DNA of 64,000 nt from Candidatus Woesebacteria bacterium GW2011_GWF1_31_35 (GTDB taxonomy: Bacteria > Patescibacteriota > Microgenomatia > UBA8517). Every line of letters starts with the position of its first letter. The first letter of the stretch is position 1. The DNA is taken from positions 711,258-775,257 of the forward strand of contig CP011214.1 in assembly GCA_001029755.1 (NCBI GenBank). Reading direction: 5' to 3'. A program made the position numbers and the translations under genes. Of the stretch, positions 1-10,593 are shown piece by piece. The notes under the pieces were generated by a model, which saw only the letters and a list, made by a program, of their open reading frames with translations, did no database searches and was not told where the DNA came from.

Positions 1-290
1 CCGGCCGTATCTATGTTCATACTAATTATTTGACTTACTTCTCCTGGAATTGTTGCAATAAGACCACTTGACGTCCTTACAACAGTTGCCCTTGATGTTA
101 TCTCTCTTTCACCCTCCTCTATATTTACTTTACTTTTTCTCCCAATAATTTCTGCAATTGTTACAATTTGATTATCAATATTATCTTCTTCACTAAAACC
201 AATCACACCTTTCCTATTGGAAGCTTTTTTGTAAGCTTCAACCTGTCGATTTTGTTTCATTAATTTATCACTAATATTTTCTGGAGTCAT
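1..290 (-). CDS. Hypothetical protein, partial (runs off window start)
   Basis: Manual translation from ATG at 290 (MTPENISDKLMKTNRQVEAY...) stays open to base 1; TATAAT (297-302) lies 6 nt upstream. Not in the ORF track. Confidence 0.65.
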   Translation of the reverse strand, partial: MTPENISDKLMKQNRQVEAYKKASNRKGVIGFSEEDNIDNQIVTIAEIIGRKSKVNIEEGEREITSRATVVRTSSGLIATIPGEVSQIISMNIDTA

Positions 291-413
291 ACAAGTATTA
301 TACAGGCGTAGGTCAACAAATGTATTTAATAATTGAAGTTTCTGTTATGAATCAAATTTTTTTTATTACAGCACATTCAAAAGTACTGGCTACTTCTTCT
401 TTTCTTGTCACAA

Positions 414-599
414 TTATTTATTATTTATTGAAATAAAAACTGGTTTATGATAGTCGTTTAATTCTCTTGCAATTCTTGCTTTAATCTTTGCTTCTTGAGA
501 ACTTGAAATTTTGGGTTCAAGTGGATTATCTAACCCACGAAGTTCTGCTAATAATTCATTGTTACTTTTTTTACCAGTTTTTAAATTTTCTACTCTCAT
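414..599 (-). CDS. Small hypothetical protein
   Basis: 61-aa ORF; TTTACA-17 bp-TATTTT with a TGn extension ends 5 nt before the ATG. Confidence 0.5.
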   Translation of the reverse strand: MRVENLKTGKKSNNELLAELRGLDNPLEPKISSSQEAKIKARIARELNDYHKPVFISINNK

Positions 600-676
600 A
601 ATCTAAAATAGCAAATCAAATTTAATATGTAAATACATAAAAATTGATGTTTTATAGTATACTAATAGCTATAAAA

Positions 677-1390
677 ATGAATAAGTATTCAAGGCGTGCA
701 AGTGTAGAAGAAAAAAAGAATATTAAAAATGCATATCTTTACGTAGTGTTATCAATTGCTGCAATAGGTTTTTTAATTTTTTTAGGACTTCCCACATTAA
801 TTAAATTTGCAGGCTTTTTAGGAGACTTGGGAAAATCTAATAAACCTGTTGATATAACTGATATAACACCTCCTGCACCACCACAGTTTGATTCAATTCC
901 AGAATATACTAATAATGAAAAATTAGAAATTGCCGGAACGTCTGAAAATGGGGCTGTTGTTACTATAACTGCAAATGGTGATTCAAGTGAAGTTGTTGCA
1001 AATAGTGATGGAAGATTTAGTTTTTTGTTTAATTTAAACAAAGGTGATAACACAATTGAAGCCAAAGCAAAAGATACTGCGGGAAATGAAAGTACTAAAA
1101 CTAAAATTATCAAAATAATATTTGATAATACTGAACCTAGTTTAGAGAACTTAAGTCCATCTGATGGATTATCTTTTTATGGTTCCGGGCAAAGGCAATT
1201 AGTAATTAAAGGAAACACAAATGAAAAAGTAAATTTATTAATTAATGAAAGAGTAGTATCTGTTAAAGACGACAAAACATTTTCCTACGCAACCACCCTT
1301 TCTGAAGGTGTAAATTCATTTGAAATAAAAGCAACTGATATGGCAGGTAACGAAACCAAATCATCCTTTTCTGTTAACTTTACTCCCTAA
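677..1390 (+). CDS. Membrane-anchored protein with two bacterial Ig-like domains
   Basis: Basic N-terminus, one TM helix, Pro-rich linker (DITPPAPP), two Ig-like repeats ending D-x-AGN-E. ATG 677 preferred over TTG 644. Confidence 0.75.
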   Translation: MNKYSRRASVEEKKNIKNAYLYVVLSIAAIGFLIFLGLPTLIKFAGFLGDLGKSNKPVDITDITPPAPPQFDSIPEYTNNEKLEIAGTSENGAVVTITANGDSSEVVANSDGRFSFLFNLNKGDNTIEAKAKDTAGNESTKTKIIKIIFDNTEPSLENLSPSDGLSFYGSGQRQLVIKGNTNEKVNLLINERVVSVKDDKTFSYATTLSEGVNSFEIKATDMAGNETKSSFSVNFTP

Positions 1391-2434
1391 TCCTAAAAGG
1401 ATAAAAATCCAATACATTACCCAAGGATAAAATAGACTATTCGCAAATGTAGAGTGAATTAAAACTATCAAGAAACTAATAGTTAATAAAGGATAACTTG
1501 GAATTGAAAAGATAAAACTTATAAATAAAAATAAACCTACAATTCCAGTTGTAGCTAAAATAAATAATATTGAGGAATCTGATCCAAAACATGAATGAGA
1601 AGTAATATTAGTATCATTTAAATAAATTTGTCTTGCAGGACACAAATTATTAAAACCAATCCCGATAACAGGAGATTTAGTTATAATTTTTAAAGTTTCT
1701 TTGTAATTTATAATTTTTAAATTAGTAGATGAAGTTCTTACTAAATTAACTCCTTCTCCACCCATGTTTTTGGGAAGAAAAAATATTGAAATTAAAAATA
1801 AAAATACGATTAAATATTTTTTAAAATAAATTAGTAATAGTATAAATATTAGATATGAAACCCTTGAATACGTAAATAAAATACTTATTCCTAAAAATAT
1901 TAAGCTTAATTTTCTATTTTCTTTTAAAGCAATAATCGATCCTAGAACTAAGATAATAGATGTAAAAGTAGGATCCAAAAAAGTTCCCACTAATCTATAC
2001 AAATGATCATCCCAACCTAAATATTTTAAAGCAACAAGGTTGGGCCAATTTATATATTGGATCCATCCAAAGACTGCAGTCACAATTGAAATTGATAAAA
2101 GTGAATTTATTATAAATTTTCTGTCCTTTTGTGATTTGAAAAAATTGTATATAAAAATTGGAATCATTGAATAAAACAAAAGTCTTACTCCATACATCAA
2201 ACCCTTTACCAAAAGATCACTTTTGAGAATAAATACATTTATACCCCAAGAGAAAAATCCAAAAAGAATAAAGGAAAGTAGGTAGATATACCATGAAGGT
2301 ATTTTGGGCTTTCTAAGCAGTGTATAAACCACAATTAAAAAAACAGTCACGTCAAGAAAACTAATTGGTCCTAATTTTGCAATTTGTCCAAATGGAAAAA
2401 TTACTAGGCTTGTAAAAAGTAAAGCTTTGTCCAT
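1361..2434 (-). CDS. O-antigen ligase/polymerase (Wzy_C/WaaL-like) membrane protein
   Basis: Multi-TM; RLVGTFLDP, TYSR, GIGFNN and late H-S-x-F motifs; located in a glycan locus. Confidence 0.8.
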   Translation of the reverse strand: MDKALLFTSLVIFPFGQIAKLGPISFLDVTVFLIVVYTLLRKPKIPSWYIYLLSFILFGFFSWGINVFILKSDLLVKGLMYGVRLLFYSMIPIFIYNFFKSQKDRKFIINSLLSISIVTAVFGWIQYINWPNLVALKYLGWDDHLYRLVGTFLDPTFTSIILVLGSIIALKENRKLSLIFLGISILFTYSRVSYLIFILLLIYFKKYLIVFLFLISIFFLPKNMGGEGVNLVRTSSTNLKIINYKETLKIITKSPVIGIGFNNLCPARQIYLNDTNITSHSCFGSDSSILFILATTGIVGLFLFISFIFSIPSYPLLTISFLIVLIHSTFANSLFYPWVMYWIFILLGLGSKVNRKG

Positions 2435-2991
2435 GATAAAAATGAATGTAGAGATTGCATCAAACTAAACTCAAAACCTCTACCTAATAATAGATTATAG
2501 ATTAATTTTAAAATTGGGTAAAAAATAATTTTACCTAAGTTTGCTTTTTTACCTTCCTTATTATTTTCTAAAGCATGTAAATCGGACTGAAAATTTATTT
2601 TTTCTATGTAATCATGTAGATTTTGAGCTGTTGTGTGAATAATATAATTTTTTAATTGTTTTATAGGTCCTTTAACCTGCCATACTTCATGAACTCTCCG
2701 AACCCATTTACCAGAATTTTTCTTTGCAAGCCTCAAAACTCTATCATGACCAATAATTTTACTTAAAAATTTAATTCTTCTCTTTATATAATAACCTTCA
2801 TATTTATTTGGTAAATTATTTATTTCATTTACAATTTCATTTTTTAATTCATTGGTTACTATTTCATCTTTATCTAAAAACAATATCCAATCAGATTTTG
2901 ATTTTTCTAAAAGATTATTTCTTTCTAATGAAAAATTGCTAATATTCTTTTTATCAAGAGTAATTATTTCTAAATTATTTTTTTGAATCAT
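2404..2991 (-). CDS. GT2 glycosyltransferase (WaaE/LgtF-like), N-terminally short
   Basis: NFS..RN, WILFLDKDE (DxD), RL, VHE motifs; first GT-A strand absent. Confidence 0.7.
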   Translation of the reverse strand: MIQKNNLEIITLDKKNISNFSLERNNLLEKSKSDWILFLDKDEIVTNELKNEIVNEINNLPNKYEGYYIKRRIKFLSKIIGHDRVLRLAKKNSGKWVRRVHEVWQVKGPIKQLKNYIIHTTAQNLHDYIEKINFQSDLHALENNKEGKKANLGKIIFYPILKLIYNLLLGRGFEFSLMQSLHSFLSWTKLYFLQA

Positions 2992-4211
2992 GTTTGTTTA
3001 AGTATTTTAATAGTCCAATACATAGACATCGGAATTGTGACAATAGTTCCAATTATTGTTGAAACTGCAGTTCCTCTAATACCAAACTTATTGGTTAAGG
3101 GAAAAATTGTTAAACCTAAACCTAAAATTCCAACAAGTGTAATCCAAGTAATCCAATTTTGTTTCCCAATTCCTAAAAATAATGGGAAAACCGAATTAGT
3201 CAAAGCTTTTAAAATTCCAAAAATAGCCAAGATTTGCAAAACCCCTACAGTATCAAGCCAATTTTTACCGAGTAAAATATTTACTGTTTGATATGGAAAA
3301 AGGAAAATTAGAATACCAAAAGGAATAACTAACGCAAAAGTTCCTAAAAATGTTTTCAAAAATACCGATCTCAAGTTTTTTAAATCTTTTTTATATTTCG
3401 AATAGTAAGGAAAAGTAACTTTTGAAAATATTTCACCCATTTCAGAGACAGGCAAAGAAGAAATTCTATATGCTTGTTGATATAACCCAAGTGGATATAC
3501 TCCCAATACTTTCCCAACTACCAAGTCATCTCCATGCTGAAATATATAATTAAAAACCCCTGCAAATGTAATCCAGATACCTTTTTTAATTACAAATTTA
3601 AAACTTTCCAAATGAAAAATAAGTTTGGGTTTGGGTGAGATAAAGAAAAGAGAAATAAAAACTTCAACTAAAGCTCCTGCGATAAGACCACATATAAGTG
3701 AAAGTTCACTTTTTGTTAAGAAACCTAATAAAATTGCTGTTATAGCTTCTACAGAAATAAGAATTCCTTTAAATATAAATTCTTTTTTAAAATTTAAATT
3801 TTTTTGAAATTTAACCTCAGCTGGGTTTATAAAACCACGAATTAAAGGTACAAATGCTGTTAAATAAAGAATTTTAATTGCTGAAGGATTATTAAAAAAC
3901 TTAGAGATTAATGGTGTTAAAAGAAAAATAATTAAACTTAAAAATATGCCTCTTATTATAGACACAATCCAAGAAGAACTAATATGTTTTTCTAGACCGT
4001 CTTTTTCTTGTATCAAAACTACGTTAATCCCAGTCTCTGTGATTATTTCTAAAAATCCCAAAACTAAAGATGCTATTCCAAATATCCCAAATTGTAATGG
4101 ACTTAAAATTCTTGCAAGTATCAATGTCTTTATAAAAGCAAATGCTTTAGCACCAATTCTTAAGGCTCCCATCCAACTTAATCCATAAATTATATTGGTT
4201 TTATTAATCAT
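2988..4211 (-). CDS. wzx: Wzx-like polysaccharide flippase
   Basis: ILARILSPLQFG, D..VVGK.LG...LGLYQQAY motifs; multi-TM. Confidence 0.85.
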   Translation of the reverse strand: MINKTNIIYGLSWMGALRIGAKAFAFIKTLILARILSPLQFGIFGIASLVLGFLEIITETGINVVLIQEKDGLEKHISSSWIVSIIRGIFLSLIIFLLTPLISKFFNNPSAIKILYLTAFVPLIRGFINPAEVKFQKNLNFKKEFIFKGILISVEAITAILLGFLTKSELSLICGLIAGALVEVFISLFFISPKPKLIFHLESFKFVIKKGIWITFAGVFNYIFQHGDDLVVGKVLGVYPLGLYQQAYRISSLPVSEMGEIFSKVTFPYYSKYKKDLKNLRSVFLKTFLGTFALVIPFGILIFLFPYQTVNILLGKNWLDTVGVLQILAIFGILKALTNSVFPLFLGIGKQNWITWITLVGILGLGLTIFPLTNKFGIRGTAVSTIIGTIVTIPMSMYWTIKILKQT

Positions 4212-4216
4212 TGGAA

Positions 4217-5182
4217 TTATTTTATTTTACTTCTTACGCCTATTGTACCAGCTAAAAATCCATACATAGTAACAAAATCTGTTAAAACTTGAATTATAGG
4301 TAAATATAGCCTAGCTAAATTTCCCTTAATTAAACTTTTCCATTTTATTATTGGATAAAATAAGTATAAAGTCACCAAAATTATAAAATATGGAAGTGAG
4401 GAAGGATTGAAAAAAGAATAAACTAGTAGTAGTGTTCCTATTAAATAGCGGGTAAATATTGCTGATATTCTAATATTGTGCGACGAAAGTTGTTTTGTTG
4501 GATGCCACCAGATTTTAGCTTGTCCATCCCCTTTTGAATAAACAAAAACTTTTTGAAGAAAAGTTTTTAAATAAAGTGTCTTAACTTCACCCCACTCTAC
4601 CCTAGCAGATTTTTCGCGTATAATTTTCACGCCATTTTTCACGCATTTATAGAAAAATTCTGTATCTTCACCACCTCTTTCTAAATTTTCATTAAACCCT
4701 CCAACTTCTTCCCAAACTGATTTTCTAAAAGCAACTGACCTTGCAGAAGGCAAAAAGGCTTGATCAAATTTTTGAGGTAATATTCCAAGATATACTCTTA
4801 TAGCTTTCTGAAATGAATTTATGTAAGGCATATTATAAAAGCCAGCAATTAATCCTACTTTTTCATGCTTAAAATGGTATGTTATTTTTTCTAGCCAGTC
4901 TTTATTTGCGATACAACCTGAATCAGTTGTTGCAATAATATCACTATTTGCTAGTTCTATTGAAATGTTTCTACAATGCGCAATAGTTCCTTTCTCGATA
5001 AAAAATTTTATTCTATTATCTTTTTTTAAAAAATGACGAATTATTTCTACAGTTTTATCTTTTGATCCTCCATCTACAATGATAATCTCATCTGGTCTTT
5101 TAGTTTGGTGAGTAAGAGAAATTAACAAACTACCAATAGATTTCTCTTCATTTAGGGTAGTAATGCAGATGGATATTTTCAT
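4217..5182 (-). CDS. GT2 glycosyltransferase
   Basis: ISICITTLNEE, IIIVDGGSKD, GGF..GED motifs; C-terminal TM helices. Confidence 0.9.
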   Translation of the reverse strand: MKISICITTLNEEKSIGSLLISLTHQTKRPDEIIIVDGGSKDKTVEIIRHFLKKDNRIKFFIEKGTIAHCRNISIELANSDIIATTDSGCIANKDWLEKITYHFKHEKVGLIAGFYNMPYINSFQKAIRVYLGILPQKFDQAFLPSARSVAFRKSVWEEVGGFNENLERGGEDTEFFYKCVKNGVKIIREKSARVEWGEVKTLYLKTFLQKVFVYSKGDGQAKIWWHPTKQLSSHNIRISAIFTRYLIGTLLLVYSFFNPSSLPYFIILVTLYLFYPIIKWKSLIKGNLARLYLPIIQVLTDFVTMYGFLAGTIGVRSKIK

Positions 5183-6321
5183 TTTTTGTGATTAGTGTAA
5201 ATCAATATAAATATTGTAAGCCAAAATAGTATTAATTTAGGATAATAATTAAATTGAGAAAGAATTGAGATAGAGCTTAATAAAGATAATATATAAAGAA
5301 GTTTTTCAAATTTAGTATTTTTTACAGAAATAAAGCACAAAAGTATTAAGGGCATAATTGAAACATAAAGAAATCTCATATTAGATGTTATTATTTGCCT
5401 AGAAAAATCAGAAGGGAAAAACAAAAAGGGTATAAAATTTAAAACTGATATCACAATTAAACTTTTATTAATTTTTGACTTTGAAATAAATAAAAATATA
5501 GGAATCAAAACCCAAATTAGATACTCAGAAATTAGTGCCTCCACGAAGAGATATAAACCATTTGATGTAAGTAAAGGTTTATATGTTTCTACTAATTGAA
5601 AATCACTACTTCCTGTAAATCCCAAGATGTTTATTGGATAGAAAGGGTTATTAATTAATAAATAATTTCTAAAATACCAAAAACCACCAATCGTCAAAAT
5701 TGGAAGGAAAAGATAGATTAAATTCTTTATATTAATTTTTTTAAATATTACTTTGAAATAAACAAGAAATAAAATTAATAGATAAACTAAACCTGAATAT
5801 TTAACTCCAATTATTAATCCCAAAGATAAGCCTAACGGCAGTAAACTTTTTAATTTTTCATTTTCAAATTTTTTAATAAAAAGTAATGCTAAAGAGAAAA
5901 ATATCAAAAGCCAAATATCTATCGTCTGATTAGGAATTAACCTAATAATCGAATTAAGTGTAATTACTGATACAGAAAATATATTTGAAACATATTTATT
6001 AATTCCATATTCATCGGAAAGGATTTTTAAAACAAAAAACAAAATAATAATTGCAACAATGTTAAAAAAACCTAATGGGATCCCTAATAAAATAAATATT
6101 GAAAGTATTACTTCTCCTACTGCAGGATAAAATCCCAAACCATGACTTAAATTTGGAGGATTTAAAATATTGCCTTTTAAAATACTTTCTGCAATTGGAA
6201 TATGATAAGTAAGACTATCAGATTCATTTAATAGATTAGGGTTTGTTGTTAATGCATTGAATGAAAAATAAATAATAATAAATATAAATATCCCTATAAA
6301 AATTTTTGTTAATATCTTCAT
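5179..6321 (-). CDS. GT-C-like integral membrane protein
   Basis: DSLTYH loop, K-Y-S-G and FWYFRN...NPFYP motifs; multi-TM. Confidence 0.65.
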   Translation of the reverse strand: MKILTKIFIGIFIFIIIYFSFNALTTNPNLLNESDSLTYHIPIAESILKGNILNPPNLSHGLGFYPAVGEVILSIFILLGIPLGFFNIVAIIILFFVLKILSDEYGINKYVSNIFSVSVITLNSIIRLIPNQTIDIWLLIFFSLALLFIKKFENEKLKSLLPLGLSLGLIIGVKYSGLVYLLILFLVYFKVIFKKINIKNLIYLFLPILTIGGFWYFRNYLLINNPFYPINILGFTGSSDFQLVETYKPLLTSNGLYLFVEALISEYLIWVLIPIFLFISKSKINKSLIVISVLNFIPFLFFPSDFSRQIITSNMRFLYVSIMPLILLCFISVKNTKFEKLLYILSLLSSISILSQFNYYPKLILFWLTIFILIYTNHKK

Positions 6322-6322
6322 A

Positions 6323-7174
6323 TCATTTCCATAATTTTAAATAACTATTTGTAACATCATTCCAAGTTACATTTTTAATTTTTGAATAGTTTTTTTCAAT
6401 TTCATCCCAATAGTCTGCCTTTAAAGGATTATTAGGAAACGTCATTATTTTACATTTTAAATTTCTAGCTTCTAAATAAGATAAATATCCTGAAGGCACA
6501 CAATATTCTGCTTCTTGTAAATATTTTTCTGGATCTTTGCTTCCTAATACTTTCCCGAATTTTCTACATTTATCTTTGAGGTCTCCTACACCTATAAATG
6601 TTATTTTATAGACAGGATGTAACTTTAACCACTTTAAAAATTCAAGAAGTCCAGTATCTTTTTCAAGTCTTCCTAAATAAATAATTGTGTTTGAAATTTT
6701 ATGAATAGCAGACTCAATATTAATTTTATCTACTGCTCCATAAATAATAATATCACTTTTAATTCCATACCACTTATTTATATAATCGCCTACTGAAATA
6801 GTTTTGAGGGATAATTTATTTGCAATTCTTTTTTGAAGTATATTTATAAACGGTATTGGATATTTTCCTTCCCAACCATGAAATGTAGTAAATACACGTT
6901 TATTAGGATATAAAAACTTAAATGGCAAATACCAAATAAATACATCATGAACATGAACTATTTCGCTTTCCAAAATTTTCTTTCTATTTTTGAATAACCA
7001 AAACCATATATATAAAAGTCCTAATATCTTTATGTGTGGGTAATTAATATCTTTTTCAGAAATAGTTTCAATTGTATTTCCCAATCTTATTAGATTGAGG
7101 GTTATTTTATAGCAATGTTTTTCAACTCCACCTACGTGAGGCCAGACAAATTTAGATATAAAAAGTATTTTCAT
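6323..7174 (-). CDS. GT4-like glycosyltransferase (short)
   Basis: MKILFIS...PHVGGVEKH, TFHG, YLGRLEKD. Confidence 0.8.
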   Translation of the reverse strand: MKILFISKFVWPHVGGVEKHCYKITLNLIRLGNTIETISEKDINYPHIKILGLLYIWFWLFKNRKKILESEIVHVHDVFIWYLPFKFLYPNKRVFTTFHGWEGKYPIPFINILQKRIANKLSLKTISVGDYINKWYGIKSDIIIYGAVDKINIESAIHKISNTIIYLGRLEKDTGLLEFLKWLKLHPVYKITFIGVGDLKDKCRKFGKVLGSKDPEKYLQEAEYCVPSGYLSYLEARNLKCKIMTFPNNPLKADYWDEIEKNYSKIKNVTWNDVTNSYLKLWK

Positions 7175-7851
7175 TTCTTTTTTGCAACTAAAACAACCAA
7201 ATTTGGCTTGCGTACTTTTAAAAATTTGTTTATTAAGTTTTTTATAAAATATCTGTCTTTAAATGCAAATAAATATATTTCCTTTTTAATCTCAAAAGAC
7301 GATTTTTTTAACTCATTTTTTATAATATTATGATTGTAAATTCTAAGATGCCCATTTAATAATTTATCTTTTTTTGATTCATTTAAGGGGACAGAAACTA
7401 TTAACAAGCCGTTATTTTTTAATACTTTTTTAATTTGTAATAACGAGATATCTATTTTATTTTTAGGTATGTGTTCTAATATATCAATCGCTAAAACACA
7501 ATTAAAAAAATTATTTTTATAAGGAATTTTAAATATGCTAGCCTTTTTAAAATCCCCTTTATAAAATTTTTGAGCAAAATTTATAGCATAATTTGAAATA
7601 TCAATTCCATATACTGATAAATTTAAATTAAGCTTCTCAATTAAATACTCAATATAACCATAACCGAAACCGATATCTAATATGTTTCCAGATATTTTTT
7701 TTAATTGACTAATTATCAATTTATTTTTATGAATAAAAACTGGAGATTTCAAAATTATCTTTCTGTTATTCTTTAGTTTTTCATCCCAAAACTTATCTGT
7801 ATTTGGATTTGGTAAATTATCTTCTTGACAACAATATCTTTTAAGTTTCAT
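7171..7851 (-). CDS. Class I SAM-dependent methyltransferase
   Basis: ILDIGFGYG, GIDIS, ILEHI, GLLIVSVP. ATG 7851 preferred because it avoids overlap with the divergent gene. Confidence 0.85.
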   Translation of the reverse strand: MKLKRYCCQEDNLPNPNTDKFWDEKLKNNRKIILKSPVFIHKNKLIISQLKKISGNILDIGFGYGYIEYLIEKLNLNLSVYGIDISNYAINFAQKFYKGDFKKASIFKIPYKNNFFNCVLAIDILEHIPKNKIDISLLQIKKVLKNNGLLIVSVPLNESKKDKLLNGHLRIYNHNIIKNELKKSSFEIKKEIYLFAFKDRYFIKNLINKFLKVRKPNLVVLVAKKK

Positions 7852-7862
7852 ATTTATATTGG

Positions 7863-10016
7863 ATGAATAAACATACAAAATTATTTCTATCTAGTCTAAT
7901 ATTTCTAATTGCTTCTATAGTATATATATTTCTTCCTAGAAATTCTCTATCTGCCGAAACTTTAAGTAGTTGGACAAATTCTGCTTCAATGCCAGATATC
8001 AATGGTGTTGCTAGTCACTATTCATTTATATCTAATAATAAACTTTATATATTAGGTGGAGCTAATTCTGAAGTGATATCTAGTGGTTTATACTCAACAA
8101 TATCTCCGAACGGATTGTTATCTTCTTGGACTAACACCACCTCGCCACTTAATCAGCTTTGGCACTCTGGAACAACTTATGATAGATATGTTTATATACT
8201 TGGAGGAGCAAATTCTTCAATCCAAAACATTAAAGATGTTGTTGTTGGAATTATAGGATCAGATGGAAATATATCGTCTTGGAAAACTACAACACAGTTA
8301 CCACAAACTTTAGCACTTGGAAGTGCTATCACTTTAAACAATAGAATTTATTTTGCGGGAGGATCAACTAATCGTTTTGAATATCAAGCCTCAAGAGATG
8401 AAATATATTTTGCAACAATAAACCCCACAGATGGAACTTTAGACTCATGGACTCTCGCAGGAAATTTACCAGAACCAATGGTGGGTTTTGGAATGGTTGA
8501 AATAAATGGCTATGTTTATATTATTGGAGGCAAAAACTTATCAAATCAAATATTGGATTCCGTTCAAAGAGCCTTTGTCAATCCTGATGGTACATTGGGT
8601 AATTGGAATTCTATGTTTTCACTTCCAAAAGCAGTGACAAGATCAGGAGTAGCCAAGACAAGTAATTTACTGGTTTCTGTAGGAGGAATCACTGTCTCAG
8701 GGATTACTGACTCAGGGATTATTGATGATGTTTTTTTTGCCAAAATAAAGCCTAATGGAGAAATTGATGAATGGACAACAAGCCCTTACAAACTACCAAA
8801 AATAAATTGTTGTTCCCCACTTGTTTCTTGGAATAATCATTTATATTTAACAGGGGGACATTACGGAACTCCGTATGGTTATTATAATGATGTCTTTACA
8901 GCTAAAGTCATTTTTGACACTCCAGAATACATATCTTTAGACGTGCCAAATTTAAAACAATATGAAGGTGGTTGGCAAAATGATTTTTATGGACATACAA
9001 ATAAAACAATTAAAGATTATGGTTGTGCATTAACTTCAGCTTCAATGGTTTTGAAATTTTTTGGACACAATATTGATCCTAGAGAGTTAAACACCTGGCT
9101 AAAAGATCAAAATGATGGTTACATTAGGAATAATTTAGTTAACTGGCTTGCAATTTCAAGATACACAAAACTTCATGAATCAATATCTTCTCCAACACTT
9201 GAATATTTAAGATCATCATTTGAAGCTAATAAAATTCTTAATAATCTTCAAAACAACCTACCCACAATCGTTAAAGTTCCTGGTCATTTTGTTGTCACCA
9301 AAAGCCAAACTGAAACTTCTTTTGGAATAAACGATCCTGGATATAATGACAGAGATGAGTTATCACCTGAATATCCTGATAATCATATCCAATCCTTAAA
9401 CACCTACACACAAAGTCAAACAGATTTATCATATATGATGTTTATAGCCGATAAAGATATTACATTTAAACTTTTTGATTCTTCCAATAATCTTGTTAAT
9501 AATACCCAGACTTATATAGAAGAACCAATAAATGAATTAGACGGATCAAATAAAAGTGGGGAGCCCCTTTCAATCTTAATTTTTTCAAAACCTCCATCTG
9601 GTGAATATAGTTTAGAAATAACAGGTCCAACTGGACCATATCAATTTGATAGTTATTTATATGATGTTAACGGTAACGTAACACAAAATACATTTAATGG
9701 ATACATTTTTGATAACGAAAAAGGTACTTATTTAATTTATTTTAATGGTAATAAAAACGTAGGAGTTTCATATTCTGAAATATACAAATCCTTACAAAAA
9801 GCATTTGAAAATAAATTTATTTTAAATAAAGGAATACTAACTGCAATAAAAGCTCAAATTCAAGCCTCAGAAAAACTTATTAGTAATAGTATGATTTTTC
9901 CTTCCAAAATTATCATTCAAACCTTGATAAAACAAATCCAAAATCTTACGCCAAAATTTATTGACCCAGAATTTTCTTTATCTCTCCTGTCAGATTTGAA
10001 GTCCTTAATTTATTGA
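7863..10016 (+). CDS. Secreted Kelch beta-propeller + C39-like cysteine peptidase domain protein
   Basis: Signal peptide; six GG Kelch blades; VPNLKQ...GCALTSASMVL...GHFVV...INDPG. Confidence 0.8.
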   Translation: MNKHTKLFLSSLIFLIASIVYIFLPRNSLSAETLSSWTNSASMPDINGVASHYSFISNNKLYILGGANSEVISSGLYSTISPNGLLSSWTNTTSPLNQLWHSGTTYDRYVYILGGANSSIQNIKDVVVGIIGSDGNISSWKTTTQLPQTLALGSAITLNNRIYFAGGSTNRFEYQASRDEIYFATINPTDGTLDSWTLAGNLPEPMVGFGMVEINGYVYIIGGKNLSNQILDSVQRAFVNPDGTLGNWNSMFSLPKAVTRSGVAKTSNLLVSVGGITVSGITDSGIIDDVFFAKIKPNGEIDEWTTSPYKLPKINCCSPLVSWNNHLYLTGGHYGTPYGYYNDVFTAKVIFDTPEYISLDVPNLKQYEGGWQNDFYGHTNKTIKDYGCALTSASMVLKFFGHNIDPRELNTWLKDQNDGYIRNNLVNWLAISRYTKLHESISSPTLEYLRSSFEANKILNNLQNNLPTIVKVPGHFVVTKSQTETSFGINDPGYNDRDELSPEYPDNHIQSLNTYTQSQTDLSYMMFIADKDITFKLFDSSNNLVNNTQTYIEEPINELDGSNKSGEPLSILIFSKPPSGEYSLEITGPTGPYQFDSYLYDVNGNVTQNTFNGYIFDNEKGTYLIYFNGNKNVGVSYSEIYKSLQKAFENKFILNKGILTAIKAQIQASEKLISNSMIFPSKIIIQTLIKQIQNLTPKFIDPEFSLSLLSDLKSLIY

Positions 10017-10506
10017 CAATAGATCCTAAAACTACAATTTGTAACAAAATAAAATAAATTAAAAATAATGGTTTTCTAGAATCAGTCCCAATAAAAATTG
10101 AGTGAAATGAAACAAAATAGAAAGCTAAATAATTTAATATATGCAGTTTTCTCCAATTTGTTTTTAACCAACCTGAAATATTTCTAAATTTCACTGCAAT
10201 AACTGCAATAGTTACTAAATAAAAACCAATTCTACCTAAATTTATATAATGTTCATATGTTCCTTGGCATAATACACAAACATCAACAAAAACATATAAA
10301 GGGTCTAATTTCCCTATTGTGAAATATCTAAATAATAAAAACAAAACAGGATGAAGAAAAACAAAGATATAAGCTAAAATTCCATTCAACATATGAAATT
10401 TAATTGCTTTCCTGTTTGCACCAAGATAAATTTGTAATGCTAATAAGCCTAAAGCAATAATCCCTGTTATTCTTTGAAGTAAATTAATAATCTCTGAATT
10501 TGTCAT
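9958..10506 (-). CDS. Ferric reductase-like transmembrane domain protein (MsrQ-like)
   Basis: About 5-6 TM helices with four appropriately spaced His (FH, LHP, WRKLH, FHS). Confidence 0.7.
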   Translation of the reverse strand: MTNSEIINLLQRITGIIALGLLALQIYLGANRKAIKFHMLNGILAYIFVFLHPVLFLLFRYFTIGKLDPLYVFVDVCVLCQGTYEHYINLGRIGFYLVTIAVIAVKFRNISGWLKTNWRKLHILNYLAFYFVSFHSIFIGTDSRKPLFLIYFILLQIVVLGSIVNKLRTSNLTGEIKKILGQ

Positions 10507-10547
10507 TTATTAATCTTATCACGAAACTTTATTTTGACAATTTATGC

Positions 10548-10575
10548 TTGCTTTTTCTTGTTTTGCACATATAAT
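10548..10575 (+). promoter_or_regulatory. Putative sigma70 promoter of glpX
   Basis: TTGCTT-16 bp-TATAAT; spacer contains TTTTGCACA. Confidence 0.5.
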
Positions 10576-10593
10576 CGGACTATCTAGATTGCT

